Origin: Alphaproteobacteria bacterium
Lineage (GTDB): Bacteria; Pseudomonadota; Alphaproteobacteria; UBA828
Reading direction: 5' to 3'
NCBI GenBank assembly: GCA_963422645.2
Contig: CAXXVO010000017.1
Coordinates: forward strand, 96,001 to 160,000
Length of the DNA stretch: 64,000 nucleotides
In this document: positions 53,354 to 62,982 of the stretch, piece after piece
How positions within the stretch are numbered: position 1 is the first letter of the stretch
Layout: every line of letters begins with the position of its first letter
Made by a program: the position numbers and the translations under genes
Notes under the pieces: model-generated
Told to the model about the DNA's origin: nothing
Database searches by the model: none
What the model saw: the letters and a program-made list of their open reading frames with translations, nothing else

Positions 53354-53367
53354 GTAACTACCCAGGT
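53354..53367. repeat. orphan IS66-type terminal repeat
   Basis: GTAACTACCCAGGT, 13/14 match to the IS66 TIR. Confidence 0.6.
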
Positions 53368-53495
53368 ACCCCAATCCTGAGTTGAGGACGGTGATTATGG
53401 CGGCGGCCGCGGTCTGGTTCTGCCACCGCGATTGGTTCTTGACCTCATAGAGTTGCGGGACTATGGACTGCTCTCTCGCGTGACGGGAGCGGTCC

Positions 53496-54160
53496 ATGGG
53501 GTATTTCGGCTCGAAGGCGACAGCAGGTCTGTGCCAAGCGCTGATTGCGCTGATGCCGCCGCACTCCGTCTACATCGAGAGCCACCTTGGGGCGGGGCGC
53601 TGACGAAGCGCAAGCCGCCGGCCGTGCGTTCGATCGGCATCGACCGCGATGCGCAGGCGCTCGAGGCCTTCGTCTGCGACTACCCGGTCGATCTGGTTCA
53701 CGGCTGTGCCCATGACTTCCTGGCCTCGTTCCCGTTCCTGGGCCCGGAGCTGGTTTACAGCGATCCGCCCTATCTGCACGCGACCCGCCGCTCGGCGCAG
53801 CGCTACCGCTTCGAGTACGAGGAGGCCGGCCACGTCGCGCTTCTCGCGCTGCTCAAGGCTCTGCCCTGCCAGGTCATGATCTCGGGCCATCCGTCGGCGC
53901 TCTATGACGAGGTGCTGGCGGGATGGCGCCGGCTGGCGCTGCAGGTCACGACCCAGGGTCTGGTGCGAACCGAGGTCGTCTGGTTCAACTACGCCCCCGA
54001 CCGGATGCATTGGGCCAGCCACGCAGGCCGGAACTTCACCGACCGCCAGCGCATCAAGCGCAAGGCAGCCAACTGGGGCCGGCGCTACCAGGCCTTGCCG
54101 CCGGGCGAACGCCTCGCCGTGCTCGCCGCCATGATGGCCGTCGAGGCCGAAGACACGTGA
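53496..54160 (+). pseudogene. N6-adenine DNA methyltransferase (Dam/D12-like), frameshifted
   Basis: MGYFGSKA...YIESHL, 1-nt loss in the G run near 53589-53592, then GGAL.KRKPP...SDPPY. Confidence 0.8.
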
Positions 54161-54315
54161 CGGTGTCGCACTGGCACGAAGACCTCGCCGCCCGTAACGA
54201 GGCCTTCTGCTGCCTGTGAGCGTGCGCCCAGCATTTGATGGTGCGGTTTTCGGATTATTTGATGTTCGTGATGCGGCGCTTGGTTGATCTGCGAGAGCGG
54301 TGAGTGGCCTGGCTT

Positions 54316-55185
54316 TCATCGAGACCGCAGGAGCATCTCGTTCCAGTCCTTGGCGTGTCGTGGGCGCAACCTTTTCACCCTTGGATCGTTGAGCACGAGA
54401 TGCTCGGCGGCAGTGTCGCCGGCGCTGTCTGCGTCGTAGGCACAGACGATGCGACGTGGCTTCCACTCCTTGATCCAGGGCGGGACCGAGCTGGCGATGC
54501 CGGCGGTTGAGGCGACGACGGCGCCGTTCTCGCGCGTCCCCTCGACGCGCAGGCTTCGTGCAGAGATGGCGTCGACGGCGCTCTCGGTGAGGATGACGAG
54601 GGCGGGCTGGTTTCGGTCGCAGTGGAGCCAGAAGCCGCCACGCGCCTTGCGCGATCCCGGGGCCATGCCCCTGAAGCGTTTTGTTCCGGGCTGCGGCGCG
54701 GTGCCGAGGATCTCGGCGCCGGTCGTGTGCCCGCTGGCGTTTCGGCAGATGAAGACGGCGTTGATCCTGTCATCGGCGTAGAGGAGGCCTCGGCCGTGGC
54801 AGGCTTCGAGCACGTCGGTGCCGATAGCGCGTTGGCGGATGAGGGCGTCCCGGACCCTGGGCCAGGCGCGGGGACTGGGCCTTGGCAGCCGCAGGCGTCG
54901 CGGGGCGGCTGGGATGGTGGTGATCTCCCTCCGCCCCTCATGGCTTCCGAGGAAGCGGAGGGCTTCCGGGAAGCGGCATCCCGTCGCATGGATGACGAGG
55001 TCGATGGCGCCACCCCCTCCCGTGCCGCGCAGGTGATCGAAGAACTTCTCGCCGTTGATGCTGATGACCGAGCCCCCGCGCTTGAAGCGCGCCCGGTCGG
55101 TCGGGTCTCTGCGGTAGCCGAGGGCGGCGGCGACCCGGTCGAGGGGGATGTTGCGGCAGGTGGCCAGGGGATCGCCGCCGCTCAT
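54316..55185 (-). CDS. primase-like protein (DUF3991 + Toprim)
   Basis: GGGAIDLV, LTESAVDAIS, CAYDADSAG, KDWNE. Confidence 0.8.
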   Translation of the reverse strand: MSGGDPLATCRNIPLDRVAAALGYRRDPTDRARFKRGGSVISINGEKFFDHLRGTGGGGAIDLVIHATGCRFPEALRFLGSHEGRREITTIPAAPRRLRLPRPSPRAWPRVRDALIRQRAIGTDVLEACHGRGLLYADDRINAVFICRNASGHTTGAEILGTAPQPGTKRFRGMAPGSRKARGGFWLHCDRNQPALVILTESAVDAISARSLRVEGTRENGAVVASTAGIASSVPPWIKEWKPRRIVCAYDADSAGDTAAEHLVLNDPRVKRLRPRHAKDWNEMLLRSR

Positions 55186-55226
55186 TGCCGGGTCCCGGCG
55201 AAGGTCTGCTTGGAAGGGAGGCTGAC

Positions 55227-55287
55227 GGCGTTCCCGTTCCTGTACCCTTCAACGCTTAAGAGTTCCGGGAACGGGAACGGGAACGCC
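55227..55287. repeat. 14-bp perfect inverted repeat with (CGGGAA)x3, origin-like
   Basis: GGCGTTCCCGTTCC 55227-55240 / GGAACGGGAACGCC 55274-55287. Confidence 0.75.
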
Positions 55288-56286
55288 TCATCCCGCACTT
55301 CCGTTGATGGCGGCAGGGGATTGCGGCTCCCGGTGCGCCTCGGCGGCTGCGAGGCGATAGCCACCCCTGGGCGCCCGTTCGATGCGCCCCTCCCTGGTGA
55401 GGCTCTCGATGGCGGCAACGACGGTGGCGTTGCGGGCAGCGGCGCGTGAGCGGATCTGGGCTTTCGAGAGCGGCTTTTCGGCCTGCTCGATCGCCTTGAA
55501 GACGCGCTGCTCGACGGTGGCGGGCTCGTGCCTGTCTTCATCTGCCGCGTCCTGGTGCAGACGGAAGGCCGGCCCATGTCCGCCGTCGACGAGTTCCAGC
55601 TCGATGTCGTTGAGGCCCCGGGCGTCGCGCTGCTCGACCGTCATGACGATCTTCTTGTCGCGCCGGCGCAGGTACAGATTTGAGTCACCCCAAGCGTGCA
55701 GCTCGCTGCTCCCGCGCAGGGCCTGCCCCGGCCGGGTGCCGCCGCTCTTGCGGGCGTGGTGGACGAGGAGGACGGCGGTTTCGAAGCGGCGCTGCAGTTC
55801 GCGCAGGAAGCCGAGGATGGGGGCGATCTCTGCGACGGCGTTCTCGTCGACGCTGTGCAGGCGGACCAGGGGATCGAGGATCAGGAGGCGCGGTTCGATG
55901 CGCTCCACGGTCTGCTGCAGGCGTTGACGGTCGCCGGGCCGGTCGAGACGCAGGGTGGGCACGTCGATGACGGCGATGTCGAGTTCGTCGAAGGGGGTGG
56001 CGGCGGCGCGGGCGATCCCCTGCAGACGCTTGCGCACCCTGTGGCCGGCGTCCTCGGCGGCGAAGAGCAGCACGGTGCCGCTTGCGCTGGGGCGGTAGTG
56101 GCGCAGGCATGGGACGCCGGTGGCCACGGCGACGGCGAGATCGAGCGCGAGCAGGGATTTGCCGCACTTGGGCTCGCCGCCGACGATGCCCACGGCCTGC
56201 TCGGCCCACAGCGTGTCCACCATCCACTGTTGCGCCCGGGGGCGATCCTCGAGCTGCATCGGCGCCCGTGTCGGGAAGCCCTTCAC
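55288..56286 (-). CDS. AAA_25 / RepA-like SF4 helicase with C-terminal wHTH
   Basis: GGEPKCGKS, FAAED, LILDPL, LVHHARK, LRGSSEL; GTGA overlap with upstream ATPase. Confidence 0.82.
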   Translation of the reverse strand: MKGFPTRAPMQLEDRPRAQQWMVDTLWAEQAVGIVGGEPKCGKSLLALDLAVAVATGVPCLRHYRPSASGTVLLFAAEDAGHRVRKRLQGIARAAATPFDELDIAVIDVPTLRLDRPGDRQRLQQTVERIEPRLLILDPLVRLHSVDENAVAEIAPILGFLRELQRRFETAVLLVHHARKSGGTRPGQALRGSSELHAWGDSNLYLRRRDKKIVMTVEQRDARGLNDIELELVDGGHGPAFRLHQDAADEDRHEPATVEQRVFKAIEQAEKPLSKAQIRSRAAARNATVVAAIESLTREGRIERAPRGGYRLAAAEAHREPQSPAAINGSAG

Positions 56287-56995
56287 CGCCGTGCCCTCTT
56301 CGGCTTGGCGGGCTCGCCCAGGATCTCCATGAAGAGCTTCTCGTCGAGAACCTCGCGGTTCTTCTCGGCGCCGGCGGCGAGCAGCATGTCGCCCATGACG
56401 GTAAGCGCCCTGGGGTTGCCGCCGGCGTGGGTGACCAGGGTGTCCTTGAGCTCTGCGCTCATGAGGCCCGGATTGCCGGCCTGCTCGACCAGATGGTCGA
56501 GCAGGGCCGCGAGGTCGCCGGCGTCTGCCTGGGTCATGACCAGGCGCTGGCGCAGGCGCGAGGCGATGGGCTGCAAGTCGGGCTGGCGGAGCCTGTCGAT
56601 CAGGCGGCTGTCGCCGGCGAAGACGACCGAGAGGATGGCGCGCGAGTCGAAGTCGGTGGACGCCAGCAGGCGGATCTCGGAGATCACCGAGGGCAGCAGC
56701 TCCTGGGCCTCGTCGATGAGCACCACGGGCCGCATGCGGGTGTCGTCGACATGGGTGAGCCATCGCTCGCGCAGGTTTTTGAAGCTGGCCCAGCGGTTGT
56801 TGTACATCAGGTCGACGCCGAACATCCCGCCGATCTCGCGGTAGAAGTCGGACAGCCTGGAAGAGGGGTGGGTGATGGCACAGACCCTGAGCCCGTCCGA
56901 GCGGCCGAGGCGGTCGGCGAGCACGCGCAACGCCACGCTCTTTCCGGTGCCGGGCTCGCCGGCGATCAACGCGAAGCCGCCCTGGCTGAGCTCCG
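56283..56995 (-). pseudogene. ExeA/TniB-like AAA ATPase, 5'-truncated
   Basis: GFALIAGEPGTGKS, VLIDEAQE, SRL, GGNPRAL. Confidence 0.75.
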
Positions 56996-58045
56996 GCTCG
57001 TCGGCGCCTGCCAGCGCCTGGCAAGGGCGAGCTGCCACGCCCGCACGCCGGCCTCGTCGTCGGCGATGAGAGCGATCTTGCGGCGCAGCGTCTTGACCTC
57101 GGGGCAGCGATCGAGGCCGAGAATGGCGCCCCATTCGCCCGGCGCCTGGTAGCGCAGGCTCTCGGGGTTGCGCACCCGCGCCAAGGTCATGAAGGCCAGG
57201 AAGAGCAGGATCGTAGGCAAGCCGTAATAGCCCTTCGGCAGCAATGGCAGGAGACCGGTCTCGGAGAGAAGACCTTCCTTCAGCAGGGCCGGCAGGGCGG
57301 CGAGCACGCCGCCGAAGCGGACACCGCGGGCGGCGGCGGCGAACTGCGGTTCGACCGGCCCCGCCTGTCCACAACTGGCCAGAACCCGAGCCGGAACATC
57401 GCAAGTCGCACGCCCCATCGGCGCCTGCCGGTCCCGCCGATCGCGCGCGCTGCGATCCGTTTGCGGCTGCGCTTCCAGCCCCGGCGCCGTCTCCGGCCCC
57501 GGGGCACCGGTACTCTCTTCATCGACACGGCCTTCAGGAGCCGCACCCGCGTCAGGCGGCGCAGCCAGCGCTGAGCGTCCGGGCTCCCCATCCGCCTCCG
57601 TGTTGCCGATCAGTCCCTGACGGCGCCACTTGTTGACCGATGGCGCTGACACGCCGAGAACCCGGGCCGCCGCAGAGCCGCTCAGGCCCGATGCCAGCAA
57701 CGCCGTCGCCTTCTCCGCCAACTCCGGAGTGAACACCGACGGCCCGCGACCGCGCCGGGGCTTCATGAACCCCGCTTCGCCCTCGGCCAGGTAGCGCCGT
57801 CGTGCGCGCTGCACCGTCGCGCGCGAGACAGCGAAAGCGTCAGCCAGTTCCTGCGGCGAGACCGCGCTGATCGCCGCGAGGCGGCCGATCCGCAAGAGCA
57901 TGGCCGTGCGGTCATCGGCGGCGTGGCTGTCAAAGGGAATGAGGTTGGAAAAGTAGGTGAAGGTGTCGTCCGAGATCAGGACGGCGAAGCAGCTGTTGCC
58001 GATCGAGACCGCCTCTGGAGGGCACATTGGGAGGGTACTGGGCAT
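56996..58045 (-). pseudogene. putative transposase N-terminal half (two HTHs), 3'-truncated
   Basis: GGVLAALPALL..GLL, LRYQAPGEWGAILGLDRCPEVKTLRRKI; catalytic half missing. Confidence 0.65.
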
Positions 58046-58309
58046 GGTTGAGACCGTGCAATTGGTATCAAATTATACTATCAGACCTCGGGCGCGACAC
58101 CCAGCGAAAAACCGCCTGAAACAACCGAAATGTATCAGAATTCAAGGAGTTCCCGGCACGCTGCCCAGAACAGCCAGCATCACGAGGTCAGGAAGTCTGA
58201 TATTTTGACAGGAAAGAGAAAGAACGATGAGGAAACAGGAAATGGCAACCGAGTCCGCCGAGGTCATATCCCTGCGCCCCCGGGGCGGCGCAAAGGCTTC
58301 CGAGCAAAA

Positions 58310-60077
58310 CAGTCATGGTCCCCGCGGTTCTGAGCCACCCCGTGGCATGAAACAGGAGCGGTTCGGCTGACGTTTTCCTTGCGCTTGCACCCATTTGCCG
58401 TGTCAGGATGGGTATTGGCGGAGGTGGGGACGTGTGAGCGTCGTTATATCGGTGACGTAGTTCCCGATGACAAAACTGCTTCCGGCGGCCGGCTCCGCAC
58501 CCCGTATTGTACCCGGCCCGTGGCCGTGGACGCGCGGCAAATTGCACCGCACCCGCTCGTCGGATGCGTGTTCTTCCGACCGCTGTCCCCGCCTCCACCG
58601 TGGCGATGCCACGGCGTGATCGTACGCCGCCGTGGCGAGAGCGCAAATGAGGAGGAAGGCGATGAAGACGGAAGGCTTGCACGTCGTCCGGCCGCGCGCG
58701 GCGGGTCTGGACGTGCACAAGATGGAGATCACCGCGACGGTTCGCCTCTGTGAGGGCGAGGGTGAGCCGGTGGTGGAGACGCGCTGCTTCGGCACGCTGC
58801 CGAGCGGTCTGGAGGAGATGGTCGCGTGGCTGACCGGTCACGGCGTCGAGGCTGCGGTGATGGAAGGGACCGGGGTCTACTGGCAGGCGCCCTTCGCGGC
58901 CCTGGAGGCGGCCGGGCTCGAGGCGATCCTGGTGCATGCGCGTCAGGTGAAGCAGTTGAAGGGGCGCAAGACCGACGTGGCGGACAGCGTGTGGCTGGCC
59001 TGCGTGTGCCAGTTCGGGCTCTGCACGCCTTCCCACGTTCCGCCTGAGCCGTTCCGGGAGCTGCGCGCACTGAGCCGCCAGCGCCGCGTCCTGGTCAGGC
59101 AGCGCTCCGCCGTGCGCAACCGCGTGCAGAAGATCATCGACCGCGCCGGTGCGCGCATCGGCGGCATCCTCTCCGACGTCTTCGGCGTCAACGGCCGGAA
59201 GATCCTCGACGGCCTGGCGCAGGGGACGGCGCGCGAGGTCATCCTCGCCTCGCTCACCAGCCACGTTGCGAACAAGCTGGAGGGGCTCGGCGAGGCGCTC
59301 ACCCTGAGCCTGGGCGACAACGACCGCTTCATGCTCAACGACCTGCTGGAGGAGCATGACGCGCTTGAGGCGCGCATCGCGTCCTACACCAGGAAGATCG
59401 ACGGGCAGATGACACCGTGGGAGGAGCAGCTCCGTCTGCTGACCACCATCCCCGGCATCGACCGCACCGCCGCCTCGACCATCCTCATCGAGATCGGCCC
59501 CGACATCGGCGTGTTCGCCTCCAAGGAGCACTTCGCCGCCTGGGCCGGGCTCTGCCCCGGCAACAACGAGAGCGGGGGCAAGCGCCGCAACGCACGCACC
59601 CGCATGGGCTCCAAGACCCTGCGCGCCTGCCTCGTCGAGTGTGCCCACGGCGCGGCCCGAACCAAGGGGTGCCAGTTCGAGGCTCATCACCGCGCCCTCG
59701 CCGCCCGGCGCGGCTACAAGCGCGCCATCGTCGCCGGCGCTCACAAGATGCTGCGCATCATCTATGTGGTGCTCAAGACCGGCAGGCCCTACTACGACCG
59801 CACGGCCGACTACGACGCTCTGATGGTCAAGCGCAACGCTCCTCGGTGGATCCGCATGCTCCGCCGCTACGGCTACATCGAGCCCGTAGGCGCGGAACTC
59901 AAGGCCGCCTGAGCGGCCCGCATCTCGTCAGCCGGCTACGCGGGACCGCTTCGGACCACATCGGGGAAGTCCACCGCTCGTCTCCGCCGCGCCGACCCTG
60001 GCGGTCTCAGCCAACGCCGTGACCTCGGGGTTGGAGCGTCACCGCGCGTCCCTCGCCAGAATCTGTTTCACGGCAAA
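58310..60077 (+). mobile_element. IS110-family element, 1768 bp
   Basis: boundaries from the restored reading frame; shared AAA core (3-bp ambiguity); long non-coding ends. Confidence 0.85.
58662..59912 (+). CDS. IS110 DEDD recombinase
   Basis: GLDVHK, MEGTGVYW, KTDVADS, TIPGI, GLCPGNNESGGK. Confidence 0.95.
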   Translation: MKTEGLHVVRPRAAGLDVHKMEITATVRLCEGEGEPVVETRCFGTLPSGLEEMVAWLTGHGVEAAVMEGTGVYWQAPFAALEAAGLEAILVHARQVKQLKGRKTDVADSVWLACVCQFGLCTPSHVPPEPFRELRALSRQRRVLVRQRSAVRNRVQKIIDRAGARIGGILSDVFGVNGRKILDGLAQGTAREVILASLTSHVANKLEGLGEALTLSLGDNDRFMLNDLLEEHDALEARIASYTRKIDGQMTPWEEQLRLLTTIPGIDRTAASTILIEIGPDIGVFASKEHFAAWAGLCPGNNESGGKRRNARTRMGSKTLRACLVECAHGAARTKGCQFEAHHRALAARRGYKRAIVAGAHKMLRIIYVVLKTGRPYYDRTADYDALMVKRNAPRWIRMLRRYGYIEPVGAELKAA

Positions 60078-60725
60078 GTGGGGCAAAGCCGTCATGGATC
60101 TAGGCTTCTGCATTGTGCCCTCCCTGCTGCTTCGGGCTCAGGCGAGATTGAGGCTGAGTCCGACTCAGCTGGCGGTGTTGATGCACCTGGCCGATTATTG
60201 GTGGGACGTAGAGCGCAAGCCATGGCCCAAGAAGCAGACGCTCGGCGATCGCCTAAACCTGAGCGCCCGGCAAGTGCAGCGCCATATCGCCCAGCTTGAG
60301 GAAATGGGATACGTCAAGCGAATCGAACGCACAGCCCCCCACAAGGGCAAGCTCAGCAACGAATACGACCTTAGCGGCCTCGTGCAGCGGCTCCAGGAGA
60401 TCGAGCCAGAATTCCGAAGAGTCGAGGAGGAAAACAAAAGGCGTCGTCGGGAAGTGGCTCGCCCAGGTTTCCGTCGGCGACCAGTTGAGGCCCCTGGCTA
60501 GGGCTTCACCCTAGACTGAGGACCCTGTACGCCAAGATCACAGCCCTGAATGTTTGTTGGCAGACCGACATGTCGGGGAGATGTTTCCAGGGTCCGAGGG
60601 CTTCATATAGGGGCTTCCGGCTATGGCAGGAAGCCCCTATTTCAAATTCGTGGATCAGAATAGGGAGTGCCTTGAGCCGAGAGAGGATCGACACCGACCG
60701 AGTGTTGCGCTGATGTAAACTCGGC

Positions 60726-62015
60726 TCATTCCACCTTGGAAGGGCCCTGGCGCACGAGCTTGGTGCCGAAGCCGCGGCCCCTGACGATGGCGTCCTCCCC
60801 GAACTTTTCGCGCACTGCATCCAGCGCCTTGTTGACCTTGTCCTCGGCGGGTGCGGCACTACTAAAGAGATCGCCCTGGACGGCTTCTGCGGCCGGGGCG
60901 AGGTCATGGGCGCCTATGCCGATCAGGCGGAACGCGCGGCCGTCCGCCTCGCGCGCGAGCAGCGGCTCGGCCGCGCGGAACATCTCGTCCGCCGATTGGG
61001 TGGCGGCGCCGAGGCGGCGGGCGCGGGTGAGGATGCGGAAGTCGGCGGTCTTGAGCTTGAGCGTGACGCCACCGCCGGCGAGGCCAGCTTTCTTCAGGCG
61101 CCGTGCCACCGTCTCGGTAAGGCGCCACAGGATCGGGCGGAGTTTCTCAGGATCGGACAGGTCCTCGTCGAGTGTGATCTCCGAGGAGATGCTCTTGGTC
61201 TCGCGCTCGGGATTGACCGGGCGGTCGTCCTCGCCGCGCGCGCACAGATGGAGCCGCTTGCCGATCTTGCCGTAACGCGCGACGAGCGTCGCCTCGTCGA
61301 GGCGGGCAAGCTCGCCGATCAGCGTGATGCCGTCGCGGGCGAGGCGCCGCTGCATGGCCGCGCCCACACCCCACAGCAACCCCACCGGCTTGTCGGCGAG
61401 GAAGGCGCGGGCCTCGGCCCGGCCGATCATCGCGAAGCCGCGCGGCTTGTCGAGATCGGAGGCGATCTTGGCCAGGAACTTGTTGTAGCTGAGGCCGATG
61501 GAGACGGTGATGGAGAGCGCCTCCTCCACCCGGAGTGCGAGGGCCGCGAGCGTCTCGACCGCGCTCGCGCGGTGGAGCGCTTCGGTGCCGGAGAGGTCCA
61601 TGAACGCTTCGTCGATGGAGAGCGGTTCCACCAGCGGCGTGCACTCCAGCATCATCGCCCGGACTTCGCGGCCGACCGCCGTATACTTCTTCATGTCGGG
61701 CTTGATGACTTCGGCCTCGGGGCAGGCACGAAGCGCCTTGAACATGGGCATCGCAGAGCGCACGCCGTAGGTGCGGGCGATGTAGCAGCAGGCGGCAACC
61801 ACGCCCCGGTGGCGGCCGCCCACGATCACCGGGCGGTCGCGGAGCTCCGGGCGGTCGCGCTTCTCGATGGCAGCGTAGAAGGCGTCGCAGTCGAGATGGG
61901 CGATGGCGAGATTGCGAAGCTCGGCGTGGCTCAGGAGGCGTGCGGAACCGCAGGCCGGGCAGGTGCCGGCTGGGCCGAGCGGCCGGTGGCCGCAGTCGCG
62001 GCACAGTGTCTCCAC
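60726..62015 (-). CDS. dinB: DNA polymerase IV
   Basis: HLDCDAFYA, GVRSAMP, SIDEAF, KIASDLDKP; N-terminal CRDC/CPAC. Confidence 0.95.
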   Translation of the reverse strand: METLCRDCGHRPLGPAGTCPACGSARLLSHAELRNLAIAHLDCDAFYAAIEKRDRPELRDRPVIVGGRHRGVVAACCYIARTYGVRSAMPMFKALRACPEAEVIKPDMKKYTAVGREVRAMMLECTPLVEPLSIDEAFMDLSGTEALHRASAVETLAALALRVEEALSITVSIGLSYNKFLAKIASDLDKPRGFAMIGRAEARAFLADKPVGLLWGVGAAMQRRLARDGITLIGELARLDEATLVARYGKIGKRLHLCARGEDDRPVNPERETKSISSEITLDEDLSDPEKLRPILWRLTETVARRLKKAGLAGGGVTLKLKTADFRILTRARRLGAATQSADEMFRAAEPLLAREADGRAFRLIGIGAHDLAPAAEAVQGDLFSSAAPAEDKVNKALDAVREKFGEDAIVRGRGFGTKLVRQGPSKVE

Positions 62016-62297
62016 GGGGCGATCATAGGACTCGAAGCGTGCCGTGCGAAGGCGAATGGAACGCGCCCTGGCATGCGTCGTCCCCAACGAATGACCGCCA
62101 AGGCATGAAATTCGCGGCGCAGGGCATTTCCTCTATCAGCTGTCGCTTGCTATTGCGGGCAGCGTGCGAGGGAGAACCCTGGGAGGGCGTCTCCAAACTG
62201 GCGCCGGCAGCCGCCGGCGCCAGTGTTTGAGCCCTCGGCGACAACAGATGCCTGCCAATCGTCCCGAGATTCGGGGACGTCACCGCTTGGGAGAGCC

Positions 62298-62978
62298 ATG
62301 ACAGTCAAATTCCTCCTGCTCGATGCGATGGATGAATTCCCGGCGCAGCTCAAGGACGACGTCACGGGCGAGCTTGAAGCAGCGAACGGGCAGATCGCGG
62401 ATTTCGTTCAACTGGACCGCCTCGATATCGTCGTGGCGCCCGATGCCTGGGTGGGGCAGGCCTACGGTTTCAGCGGCTATCCGAACAGTCCCGGTCGAAT
62501 CACCATAGGTTTGGACCCGACTTCTCCCCGGCTGCACGACCCTGAGCGGTCCGACAGGCTTCTCGGTACGCTCGCACACGAAATGCACCACGTGGCGCGG
62601 CTTCGAAGCGGTGTCGAGACCTATACCCTGGGCGGTCGCTTCGTCAGCGAGGGGCTCGCCCAATGCTTCGAGGAGGAGGTTGGCGCGCCCACGCCCTTCT
62701 ACGCGGTGGCCCTCGACGACACGGCTCTAAACACGATGGCGGAGCGCGCTCGTCCGCTCCTTTCAGCGACCGACTACGATCACGACGCCTGGATGTTCGG
62801 TCGCAAGGGCGATCCCGATTGGCCCCGAAGTGCGGGGTATTCCCTGGGGTATGCGCTGGTGAGTGCGTGGCTTGCCGAGAGGAATATGTCCGCCATCGAC
62901 GCCGCCGGCGTCCCGGCCACCGAGATAACCGACGACTGGCTGTCCGGTCGGTTGTCTGTCTTCGCCGCGTCCGGCTAG
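62298..62978 (+). CDS. DUF2268-like Zn-dependent protease
   Basis: HEMHH, VSEGLA..F, AGYSLGY. Confidence 0.8.
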   Translation: MTVKFLLLDAMDEFPAQLKDDVTGELEAANGQIADFVQLDRLDIVVAPDAWVGQAYGFSGYPNSPGRITIGLDPTSPRLHDPERSDRLLGTLAHEMHHVARLRSGVETYTLGGRFVSEGLAQCFEEEVGAPTPFYAVALDDTALNTMAERARPLLSATDYDHDAWMFGRKGDPDWPRSAGYSLGYALVSAWLAERNMSAIDAAGVPATEITDDWLSGRLSVFAASG

Positions 62979-62982
62979 GGCG

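Larger units (their letters stand above)
58227..60501 (+). pseudogene. HTH replication/regulator-like protein split by IS110 (58227-58309 + 60078-60501)
   Basis: removing the IS restores MRKQEMATESAEV...ASEQ-K-WGKAVMDLGFCIVPSLLL in frame. Confidence 0.8.

Noticed and set aside
60502-60725. att site at the dinB 3' end bounding the island
   Set aside because: No matching direct repeat found near 42.5 kb by eye
61930-62015. Zinc-ribbon extension on DinB
   Set aside because: Common in alphaproteobacterial Pol IV
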